Shown here: piece by piece, positions 10,401 to 18,780 of the stretch | Position numbering within the stretch: position 1 is the stretch's first letter | Layout: each line of letters opens with the position of its first letter | Source: Gammaproteobacteria bacterium | GTDB taxonomy: Bacteria > Pseudomonadota > Gammaproteobacteria > Steroidobacterales > JABDLF01 | Reading direction: 5' to 3' | Length of the DNA stretch: 64,000 nt | NCBI GenBank assembly: GCA_013003115.1 | Contig: JABDLF010000007.1 | Span: 2,874 to 66,873 of the forward strand | The notes under the pieces: generated by a model | Told to the model about the DNA's origin: nothing | The model's input: the letters and a program-made list of their open reading frames with translations, nothing else | Databases searched by the model: none | Program-made: the position numbers and the translations under genes

Positions 10401-11198
10401 ACACATGCTGTGGCACTGCGAGACGGGAAGGGCCGGATTGCGGCCCACCTGGCAGTTACCCGCGACATCACCGAAAAGCGCGGCGCAGACGCCAAGATTC
10501 GAGAATATTCCGACCGACTGCAAAAGCTTTCAAGAAGACTGCTCGATACCCAGGAAGTAGAAAGACGTCACCTGGCGCGTGAACTTCATGATGAGATCGG
10601 ACAGAGCCTGACGGCACTGAAGCTGAATATGGGGCATGGCGTGGCGGACGATTTGGGTCGAAGCAGCGCAATGACTGACAGCATGCAAATCATAGATCGC
10701 GTGCTGGAGCAGATCAGAGATCTTTCGCTTAATCTGCGACCGGCAGTGCTTGATGACCTGGGATTGCTGCCAGCTTTGCGATGGTATGTCGACAGCCAGG
10801 CCAGGCGGGCAAACCTTGTGGCGCGGCTTTCAGCGGACAGCCTGACCGGGGTTCGCCTGCATAGTGACGTGGAAACAGCGGCCTTCCGCATTGTCCAGGA
10901 AGCGCTTACCAATGTTTTAAGGCACGCAAAAGCGACAAGCGTTGATATAGAGATCGAATTGAGTGGCGACCGGCTCAGCCTGGAGGTGCGGGACAATGGC
11001 AGGGGCTTTGACGCTTTTACACAGATGAGCAAGGCCGCGAGCGGCGGCAGTTTTGGCTTGCTAGGTCTTAAAGAGCGCGCGGTCCTGCTCGGCGGCGCGG
11101 CTTTCGTCGACTCGAGTCCGGGCAAGGGCGCAAAAGTTGCGGCCTGGCTGCCGATTGGAAAGATGGCAGCCCAAACAGATATTGCGCGCGCAGGCTGA
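7419..11198 (+). CDS. Hybrid sensor kinase: N-terminal receiver + about seven PAS domains + HisKA_3 (NarX/LiaS-type) + HATPase_c
   Basis: 1259 aa. REC (ILVVEDSPDHRELI...DLVLADIRLPDGNG). Repeated PAS N-caps (RYRTLFENVPAGIF, RFRSLFESASEAL, MSALIENATSGIF, FTESVINSLPGTFF, FADTVINAMPGVFY, LRSVVESEPECVW). H-box RHLARELHDEIGQSLTALK. The TTG start at 7419 is preceded by AAGGGCAGG. Confidence 0.85.
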   Translation: MDQSGNSDNDKKDLFSILVVEDSPDHRELIRRAFAHSPLTRTVHFCQSIREARSRLAAATPDLVLADIRLPDGNGRELLVNAGNKVPLVLMTSFGDETQAVSAIKSGALDYVAKTEENFTELPSICWRAVRDWRAQTNAREAQSALAASEKRYRTLFENVPAGIFQCDPGGRLTEVNQALVEMLGYPDAEALLGLRLYALFLNDDEHASDEGVALKNLLTVKNAKVGLRRFDGGKTIAAMSVQPVRDGECICCYEGFFYDLTKQLESDAALMETRLRMEAAFQNVFGFIVLVDPDGNVLDMSDSVVAATGCRRAAVEGRPLWHAPWWRSLDGEVAAVKAGIAAARSGTAASDTARFAIASGEIRIGDRSFTPVTDQAGEVRFIVVEGRDISDLIEANSKLEASEQRFRSLFESASEALVVYDVKADVFIDLNRKMEQMFGGSRALLLKQNALTLSPEFQPDGSASSQRASEYVKLAIAGEVPMFEWEFQALTGERVTCEVRLNRVQDSRRVLVRGSLTDITLRKEAENRLRDSQRRMSALIENATSGIFEIDADGRVISANPVAVGILARNEASEAIGSNFLSYVPYDERDELKRALDAAWRGHDSSLVYPISAASGNRIIAGSLVSIRDSLGVVTRVMLMCDDITERHANAKKLEKERRFTESVINSLPGTFFVFEEGRRLVRFNDRFLAANGYAIEEARDMQPLDFIHHGDRPRVARKLREIFEFGEASVEADLLTKDGRRIPFAFSGRALEQDGKRFLVGFGLDISERRRNELRFRAEKKFADTVINAMPGVFYVVNEERRIVRWNDNLLRIIGRKPDEMAALQPMSLVAEADRKVIAGGLEQVFKEGEARVEARLMNADGEERPFLLTGVRLRSGSNTFMVGMGFDISERKRFESQLRASENYLRSVVESEPECVWTLDRDGRLLDINPAGRMLLGDDLVDSARADSIVNFIRPDQRKAFLQLNESVFSGHSGILIFEMESQGGMLRWLETHAVALRDGKGRIAAHLAVTRDITEKRGADAKIREYSDRLQKLSRRLLDTQEVERRHLARELHDEIGQSLTALKLNMGHGVADDLGRSSAMTDSMQIIDRVLEQIRDLSLNLRPAVLDDLGLLPALRWYVDSQARRANLVARLSADSLTGVRLHSDVETAAFRIVQEALTNVLRHAKATSVDIEIELSGDRLSLEVRDNGRGFDAFTQMSKAASGGSFGLLGLKERAVLLGGAAFVDSSPGKGAKVAAWLPIGKMAAQTDIARAG

Positions 11199-11253
11199 AT
11201 GTCTCGGCACAGCCAGAAACCAGTGAAAGCTATCGAATGCTAGGGGGCAGGCG

Positions 11254-11898
11254 ATGCGAATAGTACTCTGCGAGGATCACACTTTGGTTCGCGCGGGCAT
11301 AAGCGCGCTGCTGAAGAGCTTTCCCAACGTAGAAGTTGCCGGAGAAGCGGGCGATGGGCGAGCCGGCATCGCCCTCGTAAAAGAAAAGCAGCCTGACGTT
11401 GTGCTGATGGACATCGCCATGCCCAGTCTGAATGGTCTGCAGGCAACGGCTCGACTTGCGAAGGAGTGTCCGACGATCAAAGTCGTAGTCTTGTCTATGC
11501 ACTCGAACGAAGAATACGTTCTGCAGGCTTTGCGGGCCGGTGCATCCGGATATCTTCTGAAGGAAGCGGCGACGTCGGAGCTGAGGACGGCTCTGGATAC
11601 TGTTGCGCGTGGTGATATCTATCTGAGCCCCGCCATTTCGCGTGTTGTGATCGACGATTATCTGGGGCGCGTGGAGATTTCAAAAGATCCCCTCGACAAG
11701 CTAACCCCGCGACAAAAGGAAATTCTGCAGCTGGTCGTGGAGGGTAATTCTACGCGCAGGATCGCAGAGATCCTTCATGTCAGCGCCAAGACGGTGGAAA
11801 CACACAGGGCGCAACTCCAGGAGAGGCTGCAGATATTCGATGTTCCGGGTCTGGTGCGTTTCGCCATCAGAGTAGGGCTCATTTCGCCGGATATCTGA
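11254..11898 (+). CDS. NarL/FixJ-family response regulator (REC + LuxR-type HTH)
   Basis: 214 aa. MRIVLCEDHTLVRAGI, DVVLMDIAMPSLNG, LTPRQKEILQLVVEGNSTRRIAEILHVSAKTVETHR. Confidence 0.9.
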   Translation: MRIVLCEDHTLVRAGISALLKSFPNVEVAGEAGDGRAGIALVKEKQPDVVLMDIAMPSLNGLQATARLAKECPTIKVVVLSMHSNEEYVLQALRAGASGYLLKEAATSELRTALDTVARGDIYLSPAISRVVIDDYLGRVEISKDPLDKLTPRQKEILQLVVEGNSTRRIAEILHVSAKTVETHRAQLQERLQIFDVPGLVRFAIRVGLISPDI

Positions 11899-12022
11899 GG
11901 CTCCTGGCCCGACCCAAATTTCGGGGTTTCCCTGATATTTTTTTGTCACCCGATAGGGCAAAGTAGTTTGAGAGTCGGGCGTGCGCCCGATGTTGCTGCA
12001 GGCAATGAGCCACGGGGACTAA

Positions 12023-12232
12023 ATGCTGACGCTCAAGAGAAGACGCGGGGAATCCATAAGGGTGTTCCCGGATGAAGCGCTGGATCTGAACATGACAGTT
12101 GGTGAGCTTTTTCGCGACGCTGAAATTGTCATCGAGGTCCGTGAAACCCATCGTGGCTCGGTAAGCGTTGGAATCGAAGCGCCAGCGCAGCTGAAAATAT
12201 GGCGGGACAAGCCGCGCCGCGAGCACGAATAG
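12023..12232 (+). CDS. CsrA/RsmA-family RNA-binding protein with an internal insertion (RsmN/RsmF-like topology)
   Basis: 69 aa. MLTLKRRRGESIRV aligns to CsrA beta1 (MLILTRRVGETLMI). SVSVGIEAPAQLKIWRDK aligns to NQVRIGVNAPKEVSVHREE, including the key Arg. About 16 extra residues (PDEALDLNMTVGELFRDA) lie between them, and there is no C-terminal helix. GGGGA Shine-Dalgarno 4 nt before the ATG. Confidence 0.6.
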   Translation: MLTLKRRRGESIRVFPDEALDLNMTVGELFRDAEIVIEVRETHRGSVSVGIEAPAQLKIWRDKPRREHE

Positions 12233-12293
12233 AATCAGGGCGTAAGCTGAAAGGCTGCGCCTGAGCGTTACCGATAGCCACCCCGCACCTGGT

Positions 12294-12563
12294 TCAGACC
12301 GAGCGATTGATCTTGACGATTTCCAGGGTTGGCCTGTCGCCCTGCCGATAGTAGGGATGCTGCTTTCGCAGCTCATGAATGGCCCGGTCACGCTCTGCCT
12401 CAGAGCGATACCAGCGCTCTTTTTTCCAGGCCGCCCCGAGAATTTCGGCGAACGTGTCATCCGCTGGCAGGCTCAAACGCAGCCCGAACCGGGCGCTCTG
12501 ATCCGCGCGCTCTGAAATTACGTTATGGGCGTGAACGCTCTCGCCGGGAATTTCTGCCTTCAT
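12294..12563 (-). CDS. Hypothetical 89-aa protein, translationally coupled to gdhB
   Basis: The internal ATG at 12563 forms an ATGA overlap with the gdhB stop (12560-12562). Sequence MKAEIPGESVHAHNV...WKKERWYRSEAERDRAIHELRKQHPYYRQGDRP... matches no family I recognise. The longer 132-aa track version would overlap gdhB by 133 nt. Confidence 0.5.
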   Translation of the reverse strand: MKAEIPGESVHAHNVISERADQSARFGLRLSLPADDTFAEILGAAWKKERWYRSEAERDRAIHELRKQHPYYRQGDRPTLEIVKINRSV

Positions 12564-15500
12564 TGTTTTTCCAGCCTTCTTATTTCCTGTACTGCCACCG
12601 ACAAGGTGGCGAACTCCATATTTGCAGAGGCGCGCATTTCTTTCAGTACCTGTTTCGCATGACCGACCTTCTGGGAATGCGCCTTTGCCCACTGCTCAAC
12701 GGAGTCGTCCGGGTCCTTCCCGGGCGCCAGACGCTGTATTTCCGCAGTCAGGCCGCGATGGGTATGGTACAGGTTCTCGCGCAGCGAATGGCGGGCAGCT
12801 GCCTGCCATTGTCCATCCACGGCAAGCTTCTCAATTTGTTTGCGCAGCCAGTTGATTCCCGTGGCATCGGCCAGGGAAAAGTAAATATCGGCGATGCGCG
12901 TCACCGTTGAATCCGTGGCCTTGGCTACCTCAACCAGGTCCAGCGCTGGTCGCATTACCGGCAGCAGCGCTATTTCGTCCGCGAGCGAGTCGGGCACGCC
13001 GATATTCACATAAAGCTGTCGCGTTTCCTTGAATTGTTTGAGTTCGCTGCCAAGCAGCAGTTTCTGCATGGTCTTGAACAACTCGGTGACGCCCGGTCTG
13101 AAATGATCGACGGAGTCGGCGATATTGAGCGAGCCCCACAGCGGGCCGAGAAGCCAGCGTGTTGCATGCTTCAATAATTGCACCGTCTCGGACATCATGG
13201 CGTATTGCACCCGGGCATTTACCTTGTTGTCGAGACTCTCGATTTCAACCCAGATATCGCGCATCCCGAAGGCCTCGCGCGCAATCGTATATGCACGGGC
13301 TACGCTTGCAGCATCCGTGCCTGTTTCTTCTTGCATGCGATCAGCAAACGTCGGGCCCATGCGGTTAATCATGCTGTTGGTGATTGCATTGGCAATGATT
13401 TCCCGCCGCAGCCGGTGTTTACTCATCAGTTCGCTGTGGTGCTTTTGCAGTGGCGCCGGAAAATAGCGCGTAAGTTCGAGGCCAAGATAGCTGTCCTCGG
13501 GCACATCAGATTTCAGCAGGTCTTTGTAAAGGCTGATCTTGCTGTACGAGAGCAGAACTGCAAGTTCCGGCCGGGTAAGCCCCCGCTGATTTCTGCGTCG
13601 TTCCGCGATGTCATCTTCATTCGGCAGTGCCTCAAGGGCGCGATCGAGTTCTTTGCGTCTTTCCATGGAGCGGATGACATGGGCGTGTTCGTTTACACGT
13701 TCTGCGGCATGCGTTTCCAGCATACTGATCGCCTGGCTCTGCAGATAGTTATTGCGCAGCACGAGTTGACCGACTTCATCCGTCATCGCCGCCAGCAGCC
13801 TCTGCCGGCGCGCGTCGGTGAGGCGCTTGTGCTGGCGCACGAGGTTCAGGAGTATTTTTATATTGACTTCCCGATCCGAGCAGTCGACGCCCGCTGAATT
13901 GTCGATGAAGTCGGTATTCAGGCGACCGCCCGAGAGTGCATATTCCACCCGGCCCAGCTGCGTAAGCCCGAGATTGCCACCTTCACCGACAACCCGACAT
14001 CGCAGCTCTGCACCATTCACACGCAGACTGTCGTTGGTGCGATCGCCGACGTCTGCACTGGATTCCGGACTCGCTTTTACATACGTACCGATGCCGCCGT
14101 TCCATAACAGATCCACACGCATCCGGAGTATGGCCGAAATCAATTCCTGGGGCGTCAGCGTTTCCTGTTTCAGATCAAGCATCGAGCGGATTTCTTTGCT
14201 CAGTTTTATCTGCTTGTCCTTGCGCGAAAAAATCCCCCCACCATTGGAGATAAGATCCTTGTTGTAATCATCCCAGCCGGACCTCGGCAGCGCGAAAAGC
14301 CTTTCGCGCTCAGCAAAGCTGCTTGCCGGATCAGGATCCGGGTCAAGAAAAATATGCAGATGATTGAAAGCGGCCTGCAGGCGGATGTGCCTGGACAGCA
14401 GCATGCCATTGCCGAACACGTCGCCGCTCATGTCGCCGATACCGGCTACCGTAAAGGGTTCTTTCTGGGTATCCACACCTATTTCGCGGAAATGGCGTTT
14501 CACCGACTCCCAGGCGCCCCGCGCCGTGATGCCCATCTTTTTATGGTCATAGCCCACCGAGCCACCCGAGGCAAACGCGTCACCAAGCCAGAAACCATGC
14601 TCAATCGAAACGCTGTTGGCGATATCGGAAAAAGTCGCGGTCCCCTTGTCTGCTGCGACCACCAGGTAGGGATCGTCACTATCGTGGCGTACCAGTTTTG
14701 CAGGTGGGCACACGGCATCGTCAACGATGTTGTCGGTCAGGTCGAGTAAGCCGCTGATGAAAATTTTGTAACAATCTATAACTTCGGCCATGACCTCCTC
14801 GCGGGTGCCGGATGGCAGCCGCTTTACGACGAAGCCGCCCTTGGCCCCGACCGGGACGATAACCGTGTTCTTCACCATCTGCGCCTTCATCAGGCCGAGC
14901 ACCTCGATGCGGAAGTCCTCGCGGCGATCAGACCAGCGCAGGCCGCCACGTGCGACGGTTCCGCCACGCAGGTGCACGCCTTCGACGCGCGGCGAATAAA
15001 CGAAGATCTCGAACATGGGCCGCGGCTTGGGAAGGTCCGGCACGTCGCGCGGATCAAACTTGAAGGACAAATACGGGGTTTCAGGCTTGCTGTCGTCGTG
15101 CTGAAAGTAGTTTGCCCTTAGTGTGGCCATGACAACGCTCAGAAAGCTGCGCAGAATACGGTCGTCATCCTGACTTGCGACATCGTCGAGCATCTCCGCC
15201 AGTTTCTGTCGGATCTTTGTGCTGCGCCGCTTACGTACCGCCGGGCTGAGTTCCGGGTTTAGTCGACACTCAAAGAGTTCGACGAGCTTTGCGTTGATCA
15301 GGGGGTGCTGGCTCAGCGACTCTTCCATATACGCCTGGCTGAAGGGCAGCCGCGTTTGCAGCAGGTACTTACAATAAGCGCGCAGCAAAGAGACCTGTCG
15401 CCAGGTCAAACCAGCGCCGAGTACGAGCCGATTAAATCCGTCGTCTTCGATCTGGCCACGCCAGGCCCTGTAAAAAGCCTGCTGAAACTTCTCGTTAACC

Positions 15501-17398
15501 TTGCCGGGGTCAATCACGCTGTGCGCGTAAACCATCTCGAAATCCTGAATCCAGATCGATGATCCATCCGCAAACTCGACGTGGTAGGGCCTCTCACTGA
15601 TGACTTCCAGGCCCATATTTTCCAGCATGGGCAAGGCCTCGGAGATGGGAATCGGCAGCTCACGGTGAAAAACTTTGAATCGCAGATTACTGTCGGGAAA
15701 ACTCGGCGGCCGATACAGGCTCATGCGCAGGCTGTCTGGTTCGTTGCCGAGGGCATCCAGTTTTTCGATATCGAAGCTGGCGGCTCGCGGTGATACGTCT
15801 TCCTCGTACGCTGCCGGAAAGAAATGTCCATAGCGGTCAAAGAGTTCGAGACCACGCTGCTCACCGAAGCGCTCCGTCAGCGTCTCGGCCAACAGGTCAC
15901 GCCAGGATCGCACTGCCGCAGTTATGCGTTTCTCAATGCTGCGGATATTGAATCTGGGCTGCGCGCCGGGTTCTGTGCGGACGATAAGATAAATGCGCGC
16001 CAGCACTGATTCGGACAGTTGCGGCGTGGAAGTAACGCTGGTTCCGTCAAACGTCGCGAGCAAAATATCTTCGATCTTCTTTCGAACTGTGGTGTTGTAT
16101 TGATCGCGCGGCACGTAAACGAGGCATGAGAAGAAGCGCCTGAAGGCGTCGCGGCGAATGAACACGCGTACTCGCTGGCGGTCCTGGAGGCTGCTGATGC
16201 CCATTGCAATCCGGAACAGGTCTTCAACTGTTGCCTGGAAAAACTCGTCTCTGGGATAGGTTTCCAGTATGTGTAACAGTGCTTTGCCAGCATGGCTTCC
16301 CGGGCGCAGGCCGGAGCGTTCCATGATTTTCTCGACCTTCAGCCGCAGCAGCGGAATCTCGCGAGGGCTGCGGCTGTACGCAACCGAAGTGAACAAACCG
16401 AGAAAGCGACGCTCGCCCGTTACTTCGCCGGACTTGTTGTAGGTTTTTACCCCTATGTAGTCGAGGTAACCCGGTCTGTGGACAGTGGACAGTGAATTGG
16501 CCTTGGTGATAATCAGCAACTCACGGCTACGCGACTGCTTGCGGATATCCTCCGCCAGCTGCTTGCTGCTTCTTGCGCTGCTGGTCCAGCTTCGATGCCT
16601 CGCTCGCAGGATGCCCAGTCCGCTACCTTTTTTCGCAACCAGGGTGGTCTCACCATTTTCTTCGGCGAGCAGGTATTCACGGAAACCCAGGTAGGTGAAA
16701 TGATCCTGTTCCATCCATTCCAGCAGTGCCTCACTTTCTGTGAGTTCCTTTTTTCCAAGAGGTGGCGGATTTTTGCGCAGTAGTTCCCGCGTCCTGTGGC
16801 TTTCCTTCATCATTTTGGCCCAGTCCGCCGTAGCGAGCCGGATATCACCGAGGGTTTCCGCTATCGCCTTGTCGAGGGTGTTCGCAAGCTCTCCGTCGCC
16901 TATGCGATTGAAGATAATCTGAATGAATGATTCCGCATTTTTACCGCGCGTATGCTTGTCGGGCACCGAAACGCCGGTTACTTTATTGTCCTTATTGCGT
17001 TTGACCTTGAAAACCGGATGAATGGTCAAATGAACCGACAGGCCCGAGCGATTCAGCACCATGCCGAGAGAATCCACCAGGAATGGCATATCGTCGTTGA
17101 CCATCTGCAAAACGGTGTGCGGTGAACTCCAGCCGTCGCGTTCGCGCCTCGGGTTCAGGAAACGATGCAGTGATTCGCCGGGTTTACGTCGACTGCCGAA
17201 CTCAAGATGCGAAAGGGCCATGCCGGCCAGGTTTGCTGGACTACGCTCACGCAGATCCTCGACTGCCACATTCTTGAAATACATCGAGATGAAGTCTTCG
17301 ACGTGGACCTTGAGCCGATTGCCGGTCTGATTGCGTGCCTCGGCGATGACTTTCTCGAGAATTTTGTTTTTTGCGTCAGACAGTCTTCTTTGTGGCAT
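12560..17398 (-). CDS. gdhB: Large (180-kDa class) NAD-specific glutamate dehydrogenase
   Basis: 1612-aa ORF, the size and layout typical of bacterial NAD-GDH. Contains the GDH catalytic core (GGLRWSDRREDFRIEVLGLMKAQMVKN..PVGAKGG) and a dinucleotide fold (GIGDMSGDVFGNG). Confidence 0.9.
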   Translation of the reverse strand: MPQRRLSDAKNKILEKVIAEARNQTGNRLKVHVEDFISMYFKNVAVEDLRERSPANLAGMALSHLEFGSRRKPGESLHRFLNPRRERDGWSSPHTVLQMVNDDMPFLVDSLGMVLNRSGLSVHLTIHPVFKVKRNKDNKVTGVSVPDKHTRGKNAESFIQIIFNRIGDGELANTLDKAIAETLGDIRLATADWAKMMKESHRTRELLRKNPPPLGKKELTESEALLEWMEQDHFTYLGFREYLLAEENGETTLVAKKGSGLGILRARHRSWTSSARSSKQLAEDIRKQSRSRELLIITKANSLSTVHRPGYLDYIGVKTYNKSGEVTGERRFLGLFTSVAYSRSPREIPLLRLKVEKIMERSGLRPGSHAGKALLHILETYPRDEFFQATVEDLFRIAMGISSLQDRQRVRVFIRRDAFRRFFSCLVYVPRDQYNTTVRKKIEDILLATFDGTSVTSTPQLSESVLARIYLIVRTEPGAQPRFNIRSIEKRITAAVRSWRDLLAETLTERFGEQRGLELFDRYGHFFPAAYEEDVSPRAASFDIEKLDALGNEPDSLRMSLYRPPSFPDSNLRFKVFHRELPIPISEALPMLENMGLEVISERPYHVEFADGSSIWIQDFEMVYAHSVIDPGKVNEKFQQAFYRAWRGQIEDDGFNRLVLGAGLTWRQVSLLRAYCKYLLQTRLPFSQAYMEESLSQHPLINAKLVELFECRLNPELSPAVRKRRSTKIRQKLAEMLDDVASQDDDRILRSFLSVVMATLRANYFQHDDSKPETPYLSFKFDPRDVPDLPKPRPMFEIFVYSPRVEGVHLRGGTVARGGLRWSDRREDFRIEVLGLMKAQMVKNTVIVPVGAKGGFVVKRLPSGTREEVMAEVIDCYKIFISGLLDLTDNIVDDAVCPPAKLVRHDSDDPYLVVAADKGTATFSDIANSVSIEHGFWLGDAFASGGSVGYDHKKMGITARGAWESVKRHFREIGVDTQKEPFTVAGIGDMSGDVFGNGMLLSRHIRLQAAFNHLHIFLDPDPDPASSFAERERLFALPRSGWDDYNKDLISNGGGIFSRKDKQIKLSKEIRSMLDLKQETLTPQELISAILRMRVDLLWNGGIGTYVKASPESSADVGDRTNDSLRVNGAELRCRVVGEGGNLGLTQLGRVEYALSGGRLNTDFIDNSAGVDCSDREVNIKILLNLVRQHKRLTDARRQRLLAAMTDEVGQLVLRNNYLQSQAISMLETHAAERVNEHAHVIRSMERRKELDRALEALPNEDDIAERRRNQRGLTRPELAVLLSYSKISLYKDLLKSDVPEDSYLGLELTRYFPAPLQKHHSELMSKHRLRREIIANAITNSMINRMGPTFADRMQEETGTDAASVARAYTIAREAFGMRDIWVEIESLDNKVNARVQYAMMSETVQLLKHATRWLLGPLWGSLNIADSVDHFRPGVTELFKTMQKLLLGSELKQFKETRQLYVNIGVPDSLADEIALLPVMRPALDLVEVAKATDSTVTRIADIYFSLADATGINWLRKQIEKLAVDGQWQAAARHSLRENLYHTHRGLTAEIQRLAPGKDPDDSVEQWAKAHSQKVGHAKQVLKEMRASANMEFATLSVAVQEIRRLEKQ

Positions 17399-17549
17399 CA
17401 GCCGGGCTCCGATTTATCTCAGCATCGCCGGGGTGATGGCGCGACGAAAATCCAAGAGTTGTTTCCCACTGGCCGTGAGAGTTTAGCTGCTTTACACAAG
17501 AAAGCGGACTCCTGCTGGCTAATTAGTCGAGTCTTTGGCCGGATGAATG

Positions 17550-18776
17550 TCAGTTTGCGCGCTGCAAATCGGCGATCAGCGCGGCCAACAGGCGACAGGC
17601 CTCGCCTCCCGTGACGCATCGGTGATCGAAGGTCAGTGACAGCGGTATGCGCTTGTGAACCTCAATGCCTCCCATAACCGGGACGACATCATGGCGGGTG
17701 CCGCCCGTTCCGAGAATCGCAATCATGGGCGGCACGATCACCGGAGAAGCGTAACGACCCGCCATCATTCCAAAATTTGACAGCGTAATAGTCGGGTCCT
17801 TCATGTCCGCTGGCGTAACACTGCGCTCTCGCGTCGCGACTTTCATGCTGTCGAGGTCGGCCCGCAAAGTCGCCGCATCTTTGCTGCCCACGTCTCGCAG
17901 AACCGGCACGATGAGTCCGTCAGGCGTATCGACGGCCATGGCCAGATCGACGCGGTCGAACAAGCGGCGCGTCATGCTCTCGCCGTCATACCAGCCGTTC
18001 AGTGCGGGTTCTGCCTTGCAGCCAACGGCAAGCGCCCTGATGATGCGCACCGTGATGTCCTGGCCTGGCGCCCAGCCATGAATATCGGCATCGTCGAACA
18101 GCGTGCACTGGGCGACCTGATCACGCGACGCGCTCATGCTCTGCGCCATCGCACGGCGGGGGCCCCGCAGTCGCTCCGGTTCGCCGGTGAGCGGCGGGAG
18201 CGCCCGACGTTGAGGCGAGGGGGTGCTCGCTTGAGACGCGGTTGCCGAGGCAGGCTTGCCAGCTGAATACGTGCGCACATCGTCTGCGGTGACCAGCCCG
18301 TTTTTACCGGTTGCCTCGACTTCCTGCAGGTCTACGCCCAGGCGTTTGGCGAGTGCTCTGACGGCTGGCGCGGCTTTGACGCGACCGCTTTTTTTACCGC
18401 GGCGTTTACTGCCGGCGCGCGCGGTTTCGACCAGCGTCTCGTCGCTGCTGGGCATGCTGCCTACTACGGTTCCGGAGTCAGCGGCTGAGCTTGACGCCGC
18501 CGCACCGGATTCATCGCTGTTCGCCGGCGTATCGGCTTCGCCGGTTACTGAAAAATCGACCAGAGGCTTGCCGGTTTCAACGATGTCGCCTTCACCGGCA
18601 TAGAGTTTTACGACTTTGCCACTGACAGGGGAGGGCACGTCTACAACGGCCTTTGCCGTTTCGACGGACAAAAGGGGTTGATCGGTGCGAATCTCGTCAC
18701 CTTCTTTCACATGCCAGCTGACAATTTCTGCTTCGGGCAGGCCTTCACCCAGGTCCGGCAAATTAAAGGTTGTCAT
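17550..18776 (-). CDS. bkdB: Dihydrolipoamide acyltransferase, E2 of a 2-oxoacid (branched-chain) dehydrogenase complex
   Basis: Lipoyl domain (LLSVETAKAVVDVPSP), E3-binding domain (PAVRALAKRLGVDL), catalytic DHRCVTGGEA. Start chosen at MTTFNLPDLGEG (ATG 18776), 4 nt after the E1beta stop and preceded by GGAGGAG. Confidence 0.85.
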   Translation of the reverse strand: MTTFNLPDLGEGLPEAEIVSWHVKEGDEIRTDQPLLSVETAKAVVDVPSPVSGKVVKLYAGEGDIVETGKPLVDFSVTGEADTPANSDESGAAASSSAADSGTVVGSMPSSDETLVETARAGSKRRGKKSGRVKAAPAVRALAKRLGVDLQEVEATGKNGLVTADDVRTYSAGKPASATASQASTPSPQRRALPPLTGEPERLRGPRRAMAQSMSASRDQVAQCTLFDDADIHGWAPGQDITVRIIRALAVGCKAEPALNGWYDGESMTRRLFDRVDLAMAVDTPDGLIVPVLRDVGSKDAATLRADLDSMKVATRERSVTPADMKDPTITLSNFGMMAGRYASPVIVPPMIAILGTGGTRHDVVPVMGGIEVHKRIPLSLTFDHRCVTGGEACRLLAALIADLQRAN

Positions 18777-18780
18777 CGTG

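Noticed and set aside
13178-13897. 239-aa and other plus-strand ORFs inside gdhB
   Set aside because: Antisense ORFs within large NAD-GDH genes are a known source of spurious annotations, and there is no independent support here.
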